A stretch of DNA of 64,000 nucleotides from Thermoplasmatota archaeon (GTDB lineage Archaea > Thermoplasmatota > Thermoplasmata > UBA10834). Made by a program: the position numbers and the translations under genes. Location of the stretch: contig JBFMHR010000005.1 of assembly GCA_040751795.1 (NCBI GenBank), positions 74,282 to 138,281 on the forward strand, written 5' to 3'. The notes under the pieces were generated by a model, which had not been told where the DNA came from, searched no databases, and saw only the letters and a program-made list of their open reading frames with translations. Numbering within the stretch: position 1 is the first letter of the stretch; each line of letters opens with the position of its first letter. Below, piece by piece: positions 18,667-26,537 of the stretch.

Positions 18667-19392
18667 TCAAGAAATGGTCATCGCGACCCTTCCCAACCTG
18701 CCCGCGAACCTCTTCGTGCCGAAGCCGACGCTCCTCTTCCTGAACGGGGCGGGGAGGTCGTCCGAGTGCCCCGTGGCGATCACCCTCAGCGCGGCGAGCC
18801 CGGTCGGCGTCGCCCTCTCCCCGGGGTGGTCCCCGGGCGTGTGCGCGAGCCCCCTCAGCAGGAAGGCGGCGGCGGGCGCGGGCACCCTGAAGGTGCCGTG
18901 GGACGTGGCCGTGACGCCGCGCCCGGTGGTGACGGTCGTGCACAGGACCTGCTCCCCCGGAGGGGCGACCATCGGCGCGACGAGCCCTATCCCCGCGATG
19001 TTCAGAAGCGCCTGAGGCCTCCCTATCTCGTGCAGGTGGACCTGCTCCGGCGGGAGGCCGTGCGCGTCCGACTCGGCCTCGAAGATCCGGTCGAGTATCC
19101 TCACGGCCACCTTGCCGTCCGAGCCCAGGAGCCGCGACATCGAAGAGACGGCCGAGTAGGCGTCGGCGTGGGACAGCGTCGGCGCGTGGTCCCCCCCCGC
19201 GACGTAGGAGACCGCGAGGCCTCTCTCTCCTTCCTCCTCGATCTCCGAGCAGTGGAACCCGACCCCGTGGGCGTCGGCGGCGCGTGACATCCTGCGGACG
19301 ACGTCCTCCGACCGCTCGGGCTCAAGCAGCCCTATCGATGCGGCTAGGAGCATGTCGGCGGAGAGCCCCTCGCGGGCGTCGATGTGCAGCAC
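18667..19392 (-). CDS. LarC N-terminal-domain (DUF111) protein, nickel-pincer cofactor Ni-insertion family, lacking the C-terminal half
   Basis: 241 aa. MLHIDAREGLSADMLLAAS matches the DUF111 start. HLHEIG, VPAPAAAFLL and ATPTGLAAL align with LarC1 blocks. The LarC2 portion is not present in the window. Confidence 0.6.
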   Translation of the reverse strand: MLHIDAREGLSADMLLAASIGLLEPERSEDVVRRMSRAADAHGVGFHCSEIEEEGERGLAVSYVAGGDHAPTLSHADAYSAVSSMSRLLGSDGKVAVRILDRIFEAESDAHGLPPEQVHLHEIGRPQALLNIAGIGLVAPMVAPPGEQVLCTTVTTGRGVTATSHGTFRVPAPAAAFLLRGLAHTPGDHPGERATPTGLAALRVIATGHSDDLPAPFRKRSVGFGTKRFAGRLGRVAMTIS

Positions 19393-19444
19393 GGCTCCGA
19401 GAACATGGGCGCGGGAGATAACCGTTGCGGGAGGCGCCCGCCCC

Positions 19445-20287
19445 TCACTGCTTGGCCTTGACCTTCCTGGTCTTGAGCTTCTTCTGCCTCAGCGCCGGTG
19501 CCGGCGACGGCACAGGTGAGGCCGCGGGCGGCGGGGCCGGCTCCCTCGCCTCGGCCGGCTCCTCCGCCGCCTCCTGCGGGACGGCCTCCTCGGGGGCGGG
19601 GGTGGGCTGCGGCTCGGGGACGGGCTCGGGCTGGGGCGCAGGCTCCTGGACGGGCGCCTCGACGACGGGCTCGGGCACCGGCTCCGGCCTCGGCTCCTCG
19701 GCGGGCTGCACCGGCTCGGGCTGCGGCTGCGCCACGGGCTCCGGCTCCGCCTCGGGGACCCAGGGCTCCTGCCGCGGGGCCTCGGCCCGGGGCTCCTCCT
19801 TCGCCGGGGCGGCGGGCTGCTCCTCGGTCACGATGAACAGGGTGCCGCACTCCTCGCACCTGGCGGCGTCGGGCCTGACCAGGGCGGCGCACACGGGGCA
19901 CTGGTAGCTGACGTCGTCGAGGAACCCGGCCCCGCACTTGGGGCACGTCTCCTCGGTCCCGTCGAGCATCCACGAGCACCGCGGGCAGCTCAGGCGCTTG
20001 TCCTCCTGCTTGACCTGGGCCGCCTCGAAGCTGATGATCTCCGTCAGGAGCATGTCTATGCTCTCCTCGGAGTGGGCGCGCTCCGTCCTCCGGCTGAACT
20101 CGGCGTATGAGACCCTGCACGCCGGGCACCTCGGCGAAGTGGCGGGCACGAGCTCCCCGCAGAACGGGCACTCGAACCTGGTGTCGGGCCCGAACTTGGA
20201 GCCGCACCTCGGGCACGCCTCCTCCGAGCCGGAGACCCTGAACCCGCAGACCGGGCAGCCGAACAGTTGCTTCCTCTGGGTGGTCAT
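19445..20287 (-). CDS. Multi-zinc-ribbon protein with Pro/Glu-rich repeat region and Lys-rich tail
   Basis: 280 aa with at least four CPxC...CPxC pairs, then a PEP(V/A)-rich low-complexity stretch, ending in RQKKLKTRKVKAKQ. Confidence 0.55.
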   Translation of the reverse strand: MTTQRKQLFGCPVCGFRVSGSEEACPRCGSKFGPDTRFECPFCGELVPATSPRCPACRVSYAEFSRRTERAHSEESIDMLLTEIISFEAAQVKQEDKRLSCPRCSWMLDGTEETCPKCGAGFLDDVSYQCPVCAALVRPDAARCEECGTLFIVTEEQPAAPAKEEPRAEAPRQEPWVPEAEPEPVAQPQPEPVQPAEEPRPEPVPEPVVEAPVQEPAPQPEPVPEPQPTPAPEEAVPQEAAEEPAEAREPAPPPAASPVPSPAPALRQKKLKTRKVKAKQ

Positions 20288-20499
20288 CGCAGACTGCCAA
20301 TCCTTCCGATACGCTTCCCGACTTAAACACTTTCGGTATATGATGCTACCCCCTCACCCAGCGGCCCTGGCGGGGCCAGAGTTCGAAAGGGATATATCGG
20401 CGCTAAGGCATCACACACCCTGGCACGGGCATGCGCGGACCGCCCACAGCGGCGGCGCACGTCCCGGCCGGGCGTCATCGAGGTGAACGATTGGGTCCA

Positions 20500-21204
20500 G
20501 TGTCGAAGGTGATCAGTGCAGCGCTCGTCATCGCCTCGCTCTCCTCGGTCCTGCTCGCATCAGGATGCGGCGATGGGGGGGGCCCTGCGCCTGCCAAGTC
20601 GATGGACGCGACCACGGACCCGGTCGCGGTCATATCGCCGCTCCCTGAGACGATCTCCAACGGGACCCGCTACGAGCTGAACGCGACGGACTCATACGAC
20701 TACAACGGGACGCTCGTGGGGTACGTCTGGGAGATAGTGCACGGGGACGACACCTGGTACCTGTACGGCAGCATCGACTACTTCTGGTTCCGAGACGAGG
20801 GCCTGTACAGGATCACCCTGACGGTCGAGGACCTCTGGGGCAACACGGACGACGCCTTCACGGCCGTCATCTCCGTGGACGACTCCGACTTCGACGGGAT
20901 GCCGGACTGGTGGGAGATGGCCTACTTCGACACGCTCGGGGAGGAGCCCGCGGACGACTACGAGGGGGACGGCTACTCCAACCTCCGCGAGTACGCCGAC
21001 GGGACCGACCCGACGGTAGTGGACCCGCCGGAGACGGGATTCGAGCTCATCCAGGACAACTGGGTTTACATAGCGGCCATCGTGGCCGCGGCCGTCGCAG
21101 CCGCGGCGGCCCTCTACGTGCGCTCCAAGAGGAGGCAGAAGGAGCGCGAGGAGAAGAAGATCGAGATCGCCATCGAGCTGGAGAAGAGCCTCGACGAGGA
21201 GTGA
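20500..21204 (+). CDS. PKD-like domain lipoprotein/membrane-anchored acidic protein
   Basis: A GTG start gives signal plus lipobox-like LLASGCGDGG. The extracellular domain (YELNATDSYDYNGTLVGYVWEI...) is PKD/Ig-like. A C-terminal TM helix (YIAAIVAAAVAAAAALYV) is followed by a charged tail. Confidence 0.5.
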   Translation: MSKVISAALVIASLSSVLLASGCGDGGGPAPAKSMDATTDPVAVISPLPETISNGTRYELNATDSYDYNGTLVGYVWEIVHGDDTWYLYGSIDYFWFRDEGLYRITLTVEDLWGNTDDAFTAVISVDDSDFDGMPDWWEMAYFDTLGEEPADDYEGDGYSNLREYADGTDPTVVDPPETGFELIQDNWVYIAAIVAAAVAAAAALYVRSKRRQKEREEKKIEIAIELEKSLDEE

Positions 21205-21206
21205 GC

Positions 21207-21998
21207 TCAGAGGGTCAGGAGAAGCACGGCCGCCCCGACCGCAGCGCAGTACACGCCGAACACCCATAGCTTCCTGGCCCGCACCGCCTTGAGCAGGTAT
21301 CCTATCGCAGCGAAGCCGGTGACGAACGCCGCGGCGGCGCCGAGGACGAGGGAGAGCGCGTCGACGTCGTACCTTTCGAGGGTCGTGAGTCCGTAGGCGG
21401 ACGCCCCGACCAGGGCCGGGACGGACAGGAGGAAGGCGAACGTCGCCGCGGCCTCCTTCTCGAGGCCCGAGAGCATCCCCCCCGACAATGTGGAGCCGCT
21501 CCTGGATATGCCAGGCACTATGGACGCCGCCTGGAGCAGCCCCGCGGCGAGGGCGTCCCTCCCCTGCGCGGTCCCCCTCTTGGCGCCCCTCCCGAGCCTC
21601 TCCGAGACGAGGAGCACGGCAGCGTTGACGATGAGGGCGGCCCCGACCAGCGGCAGGGTGAATATCTCCTCAGCGCGGTCCGACAGTAGGAGGCCCACGA
21701 CGGCGACAGGTATGGTGCCCAGGACCAGGAGGAGGCCGAGCCTCCTGAGCCCCTTCGCCTCGTCCCCCCTGTCCCCGGGCCTGGCGAGGGCGAGGAGTAT
21801 CCTCCAGAGCTGCCTCCTGAAGTAGACGCAGACCGCAAGGAGCGTGCCCATGTGGACGGCGAGGTCGAAGACGAGGTTCTCCGACGCCTCCAGCCCGAGG
21901 AGCTCCTGGGCTATGACGAGGTGCCCGGAGCTGGATATCGGGAGCCACTCGGTGATGCCCTGGACTATCCCCAGGATGAGCGCTTGGAGCGCGTCCAT
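21207..21998 (-). CDS. uppP: Undecaprenyl/dolichyl-diphosphate phosphatase UppP (BacA family)
   Basis: 263 aa polytopic protein with GITEWLPISSSGHL, PGISRSGSTL and other BacA signature regions. Confidence 0.8.
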   Translation of the reverse strand: MDALQALILGIVQGITEWLPISSSGHLVIAQELLGLEASENLVFDLAVHMGTLLAVCVYFRRQLWRILLALARPGDRGDEAKGLRRLGLLLVLGTIPVAVVGLLLSDRAEEIFTLPLVGAALIVNAAVLLVSERLGRGAKRGTAQGRDALAAGLLQAASIVPGISRSGSTLSGGMLSGLEKEAAATFAFLLSVPALVGASAYGLTTLERYDVDALSLVLGAAAAFVTGFAAIGYLLKAVRARKLWVFGVYCAAVGAAVLLLTL

Positions 21999-22181
21999 GC
22001 CAGTGGCTGAGGCGCGTGTCCCCTATTCAACCTTGCGAGCGCCTGCCTCGTTATCCAAACTGAGATTGCAGGGATAACGTATTTATCTCCACGAATAGGT
22101 AAGTCGGCCTAGCGCGGAGCCAGCGGAGGCGTGGCTAACACGCTGGCCCACGTGACGACCTGCGCGACCAAAGGTGCACCG

Positions 22182-24341
22182 ATGCGGCTAGCGTTGTTCA
22201 TGAGCGTCATATTCTCGTTGGCCATAGTGCTGGCGGGACCAGTGCAGCCCACGCCGCCGGAGTCGCACGTCCAGAACGTCGTCGCCGAAGTCGCCGCCGA
22301 CATAGACCAATCCGTCTCAGAGGTGGTGGTCGAGGTCGCAGGACCCGACGCCTACGACGCGGTCGAGTCGCTCGTGCTGTCGGGCGGCGCTTCGATCAGC
22401 TACTCGTCCAGGGCGACCGGGATCATGTCCGTCTCCATGGACGGCGCCCGTGAGGGCCTGGTCGACGAGATCTCCGCGGTCCAGGGCGTCGTCAGCGTCT
22501 CCCCCGAGAGGAAGGCGCGGCTGCTCTTCGACCCGGACGACCCGTGGACCTCCTACCAGTGGGCGCTGGACGAGGTCGAGGCATATGACGCGTGGGACAT
22601 CGACCTGGGCAGCCACGACGTCATCGTCGCGGTGCTCGACACGGGCATAGACTGGAACCACGCGGACATCTCCCCCAACATCTGGTCCAACGGCGACGGC
22701 TACCACGGGTACAACTTCATCGACGACAACTGGTTCCCCATGGACGACAACGTCAACGGCTACGACGAGAACGGGGACTGGGTCGCCAACATGTACACCT
22801 ACCACGGGACGCACGTCGCGGGCGTGGTCGGGGCCGCCACCGACAACGGCATAGGCATGGCGGGCCTGGCCCAGGTCCGCCTGATGGCCGTGAAGGTGAT
22901 GAACGACTCCGGCGAGGGGACCGACTCCACCGTCGCGAGCGGGATAAGGTGGGCGACGGACAACGGCGCCCACGTCATAGTCATGAGCCTCGGCGTCGAG
23001 GGAATCTCCCTGCCCCTGCAGAACGCCGTCAACTACGCCGCCAGCAGGGGGGTCGTCCTGGTCGCCGCCGCGGGCAACGACGGGACCAGCGTCCTCAGCT
23101 ACCCGGCCGCGTTCCTGAACGTCATCGCCGTGGGCGCGATAGACGACACCGAGCGCAGGGCGAGCTTCAGCAACTTCGGCACCGAGCTGGACGTCGTGGC
23201 CCCCGGCGTGAACATCTACTCCACCCAGGGCGGCGGGAGCTACCAGTACCTGTCGGGCACATCCGCGGCCGCGCCGCACGTGGCGGCCGTGGCCGCCCTC
23301 ATGCTCACCGTGAACCCGGCCCTCACCCCCGAGGACGTCGGGCAGATCATCAACGAGACCGCGAACGACCTGAGCATCCCCGGCTGGGACACGGGCACGG
23401 GGTGGGGCGTCGTGAGCGCCTTCGGGGCGATAGAGGCGGTCGCGGACCCGACCGTGACCATCACGGACTTCCCGGAGTACGTCGAGCCGAACGGCACCTA
23501 TTCGATCACATGGCTCGTGAGCGGGGGCGACCCCGGCACGATCACCGACACGTACCTCCAGTGGGGCTTCGCCTCCGGCGACGTCGACGGGACGTCGGGC
23601 TCCTTCTCCGGCACGACCTGGGCCGAGTTCACCGTCGAGGGGCTGCCCTCCCTCCCGGGCAACGGGACGATCTACCTCACCGCCTTCGCGGTCGTCGACG
23701 GGACCACCTACTCCTCGGAGGAGCTGGAGATACCCGTCATGGAGGCCCCGGACGACAACCTCTTCATGCAGTTCATCCGGGACGTCCAGGACTTCATATT
23801 CGACGAGCTGGGGGTGTTGAACTTCCTCCTCATCATGTGCGTCCTCGTCGCCGTCCCGGTCATAGCGGTCGTGGCCAGGTCGAGGAGCCGCAGGCTCGCC
23901 GCCGCGAGGGCGAGGGCCGAGGCCGTCAGGCTGGCCCAGGCCCGCTCGACCCTCGAGGGGTACCAGCAGGTCCAGGGGGGCCCGCGCCTCCCGCCGCCAC
24001 CGCCCCCGCCGCCGAGGTTCGAGGCGTACGTGGACATCGTCGGCTCGAACGTCGTGCCGCAGGTCGTGAAGGTGGTCGAGGGGACCAAGGTCGTGTGGGT
24101 GAACAGGACCTGGGCCCCGCCGCCCGGCTCGAGCGTGAAGAGCGGGACGGTCGACGCCTCGGGGGAGCACCACGACGGCCTGTTCTCGAGCGGCCTCCTC
24201 ATAGCGCCGGGGGACTACTGGAGCTGCACCTTCCACAGGGCGGGCGAGTACCCCTACTACCTCACGAACGTGTGGAGGTCGGGAACTGTGATTGTGGAAC
24301 GATATAGAGACTCCCCGCAATCGAGTAGTCCTGACGCCTGA
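22182..24341 (+). CDS. Subtilisin-like S8 serine protease with C-terminal TM helix, poly-Pro linker and cupredoxin-like terminal domain
   Basis: Signal peptide (MRLALFMSVIFSLAIVLAG). Catalytic triad blocks DTGIDWNHADI, HGTHVAGVVGA and GTSAAAPHVAAVAALM. Then a TM helix plus RSRSRR, an 8-Pro run, and a roughly 110-aa beta-rich domain with an H..C.FH-type pattern (SGEHHDGLF...YWSCTFHRAGEYPYY). Confidence 0.75.
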   Translation: MRLALFMSVIFSLAIVLAGPVQPTPPESHVQNVVAEVAADIDQSVSEVVVEVAGPDAYDAVESLVLSGGASISYSSRATGIMSVSMDGAREGLVDEISAVQGVVSVSPERKARLLFDPDDPWTSYQWALDEVEAYDAWDIDLGSHDVIVAVLDTGIDWNHADISPNIWSNGDGYHGYNFIDDNWFPMDDNVNGYDENGDWVANMYTYHGTHVAGVVGAATDNGIGMAGLAQVRLMAVKVMNDSGEGTDSTVASGIRWATDNGAHVIVMSLGVEGISLPLQNAVNYAASRGVVLVAAAGNDGTSVLSYPAAFLNVIAVGAIDDTERRASFSNFGTELDVVAPGVNIYSTQGGGSYQYLSGTSAAAPHVAAVAALMLTVNPALTPEDVGQIINETANDLSIPGWDTGTGWGVVSAFGAIEAVADPTVTITDFPEYVEPNGTYSITWLVSGGDPGTITDTYLQWGFASGDVDGTSGSFSGTTWAEFTVEGLPSLPGNGTIYLTAFAVVDGTTYSSEELEIPVMEAPDDNLFMQFIRDVQDFIFDELGVLNFLLIMCVLVAVPVIAVVARSRSRRLAAARARAEAVRLAQARSTLEGYQQVQGGPRLPPPPPPPPRFEAYVDIVGSNVVPQVVKVVEGTKVVWVNRTWAPPPGSSVKSGTVDASGEHHDGLFSSGLLIAPGDYWSCTFHRAGEYPYYLTNVWRSGTVIVERYRDSPQSSSPDA

Positions 24342-24427
24342 TATCGAGTTCTATCTTGAGTACTGTCCAGATTCGAGAGTCACACATCTGGAGCAACTAT
24401 GCGGCTTCTTCTATCACCTCAATCCAC

Positions 24428-25363
24428 TTACTGACCCGGCTCCCAAGTGAATCTGGAAGTGATGGTATCGCACCTTGAACAAGGAGAGAGGTTTCTTCTG
24501 CCATTCGTATTCAATTCGTTTCTGATCCTCGCTAGCTGTTTCCCTCTCCAGATATCGATCATTGTCTCTTTGTTCATATCGCCAACGATGTTCTCATAAT
24601 AGACATCATTGCAGCAAATATGGACGAGTCCAGAGGAATTGACATTGAATTGTCTGAATGGCCAACTGCACCATCTCTTCTGCGTTATCCAATCATCAAC
24701 TCTCCATGTACTCTCTCCCAACCTGTTGGGTGCATTTCCTCCGCGCCTCGTCAGTCTTGCATTCTTGTCCCTGAGCTGAAAGACAATCGTCAAATCCTTT
24801 TCAATCTGAGTTCCGCGGATATCTGAGAGCAATTGCTGCATTCTCGCGCTCATCTTCATGTCATCGGTATAGTCATTTATTCGCAGCAATGCCTTGCCAT
24901 TCAGTCCATTGGAGTAAAGCTCAGTGAGCTTGTCAAAGTCGAGTAGTATGCCATTGGTCCATACCCCAATGCCTGCATGTGGTAAGTTCATCCTGATCTC
25001 GGATATGAACGACGCCATCCTTGAATCTAGCAGGGGTTCATTGTTATGGAACGGGTATATCCATCCCGTGTATCTGAGTTGCTTAAGTTGCCTCACTATC
25101 TCTGAGAATATCTCCTCCTTTAGATGGATGGGTTTCCGCTTATCAACATGCATATTTGCCGGGCAAAATGCGCAATCATTGTTGCATCGATTGAAGGTCT
25201 CAATCTCCACATGGTTGAACAGAGGTGGATCATAGGGATTCCAGTTGCATGAATTCCTCTTAATCTCGCCGTGAACTGTGACTGCCAGTTCGGATATGAG
25301 GGGGATGTGATATCTCTTGAAGTAATGGAATGGTTGTTGCGTCTCGATTACCGTCACCGGCAA
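24428..25363 (-). CDS. Radical SAM enzyme with SPASM/twitch-like C-terminal Cys-rich domain
   Basis: 311 aa. CNNDCAFCP is a CxxxCxxC motif. GEPLL-like and TNG motifs are present. C-terminal CSWPF...HICCND...CSRCD cysteines. It lies in a short low-GC patch flanked by GC-rich DNA. Confidence 0.7.
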   Translation of the reverse strand: MPVTVIETQQPFHYFKRYHIPLISELAVTVHGEIKRNSCNWNPYDPPLFNHVEIETFNRCNNDCAFCPANMHVDKRKPIHLKEEIFSEIVRQLKQLRYTGWIYPFHNNEPLLDSRMASFISEIRMNLPHAGIGVWTNGILLDFDKLTELYSNGLNGKALLRINDYTDDMKMSARMQQLLSDIRGTQIEKDLTIVFQLRDKNARLTRRGGNAPNRLGESTWRVDDWITQKRWCSWPFRQFNVNSSGLVHICCNDVYYENIVGDMNKETMIDIWRGKQLARIRNELNTNGRRNLSPCSRCDTITSRFTWEPGQ

Positions 25364-25509
25364 GGCTATCAGATCCGTTCTCCCTTGCCAATGCCGTCCA
25401 GGTCTATGGATTTTGTGATTGCCTGATACACGGGCACAGTTCGATTCCAGTGGCAGACGCCATCAAATGCATAAGATGGGTGGCTTCTGAAAACCATGTA
25501 AGAAGATTT

Positions 25510-25676
25510 GGGAAGTGAGCCCGCGCCCCGGGTCTGGACGCCTCCGAGCGCCTCGACGGCCGCGCAGACGAACGCTCGCGGTCGCCTGTGACGGGCCTCT
25601 GTCAGGGCCGCCTCGGCGCCTTTCAGCCTCCTTCGCTGGGATGCGGGCTCACCTCATTTTGTTTCGGTCACTTCCC
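25510..25676. repeat. Imperfect long-range inverted repeat (GGGAAGTGAGCCCGC ... GCGGGCTCAC[18 nt]TCACTTCCC) enclosing about 118 bp of GC-rich non-coding DNA
   Basis: Read directly from the sequence. The right arm is the reverse complement of the left arm, interrupted by an 18-nt AT-rich insert, and it overlaps the stop codon of the downstream acidic-protein gene. Confidence 0.45.
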
Positions 25677-26339
25677 GGACTGGACCTTGCCGTCCTGGCC
25701 GCCGTTGCACTCGCCGTTCTGCTCGCCTCCGGACTCGCCCTCCTCGGCAGTGTCGTCATCCTCGGGCTCGTCCTCGTAGTCGCAGTCAGCCGGCTCGTCC
25801 TCGGCGTCCTCGGTGGATGACTGGTGGTCCTCGGAGTGCATCTCGCAGTTCTGCTGCTCAGAGCCTGCGTTGCGCTCGCGGTGCCTCCAGCAGTTCCCGT
25901 TCTGTTCCCCGTTGCCCTCCTGCTCGTCGTCGTCCTCGTCCTGGTCGTCGTCGCCCTCATCGTCATCGGCGTCGTCGTCATCGTCGGACTGGTCGTCGTC
26001 ATCGTCGTCGGGGACCTCGTCGTCCTGCTCATCGTCATCCGGCAGCTCGTCGTCGTCCGATCCCTCGTCATCGTCTCCGTCAGGAACCTCGTCGTCGGAT
26101 GTGTCGTCCTGGTCTCCGTCCGTCGTGTCGTCAGAATCGGACGTGTCGTCGGAGGAGCCGTCAGTATCGTCAGAAGAGGAATCGTCGTCGGCGGTGTCGT
26201 CCTGGCTGTCGTCGGGCAGTTGGTCATCCGCAGGGGGCGGGTCGATGTTGATGTCGGGCTTGTCATCGCCACCTATCAACGATACGACTAGCACCGCGGT
26301 AATGATGAGCGCGGCGCTGGCCACCACTGTGGTGCGCAA
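25668..26339 (-). CDS. Signal-anchored poly-acidic (Asp/Glu about 50%) low-complexity protein with four Cys in the C-terminal part
   Basis: The minus frame gives a TTG start, an N-terminal hydrophobic anchor (AALIITAVLVVSLIGG), then DDxxDD-rich sequence. GGAGGTGA lies about 25 nt upstream and AAGAGG immediately upstream. A TATA-like ATATAAATA lies about 80 nt upstream. A plus-strand Ser-rich frame is also open, so strand and coding status are uncertain. Confidence 0.35.
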   Translation of the reverse strand: MRTTVVASAALIITAVLVVSLIGGDDKPDINIDPPPADDQLPDDSQDDTADDDSSSDDTDGSSDDTSDSDDTTDGDQDDTSDDEVPDGDDDEGSDDDELPDDDEQDDEVPDDDDDDQSDDDDDADDDEGDDDQDEDDDEQEGNGEQNGNCWRHRERNAGSEQQNCEMHSEDHQSSTEDAEDEPADCDYEDEPEDDDTAEEGESGGEQNGECNGGQDGKVQSGK

Positions 26340-26537
26340 CCTCTTGCTTAATCTAATCTAGTCACCTCCTCTGCCCCGCATCCCAAGGGGCTTGACAAGT
26401 GTTATGGCCGAAATGCTATTTATATCCTCTGCGTCAGACAGCGTTTCCTGGCTGTCGAAAATGCTGTCAGACAGACCTCCGGGACGGCGCATCCTCTCTT
26501 ATCCGGACCGGCGCGCCGACGTGCGTGCGCGAGCCGC

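Noticed and set aside
19480-19840. Apparent tandem DNA repeat (GGCTCGGGC/CCGGCTCC periodicity) that might suggest a CRISPR-like or satellite array
   Set aside because: Repeat units are short and irregular and lie within a continuous reading frame encoding a PEP(V/A)-rich low-complexity protein segment. No spacer-repeat architecture.
22317-24320. 667-aa minus-strand and 571-aa plus-strand alternate-frame ORFs over the S8 protease gene
   Set aside because: The protease frame contains the complete Asp/His/Ser catalytic blocks. The alternate frames are R/G/D/H-rich with no recognisable features.
25813-26361. Plus-strand Ser-rich ORF over the GAC/GTC triplet-repeat region
   Set aside because: It is the mirror frame of the poly-Asp minus-strand ORF. 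The minus frame has a proper N-terminal signal-anchor, SD-like element and upstream TATA, and fits the acidic proteome better. Coding status of either frame remains uncertain, so the call carries low confidence.
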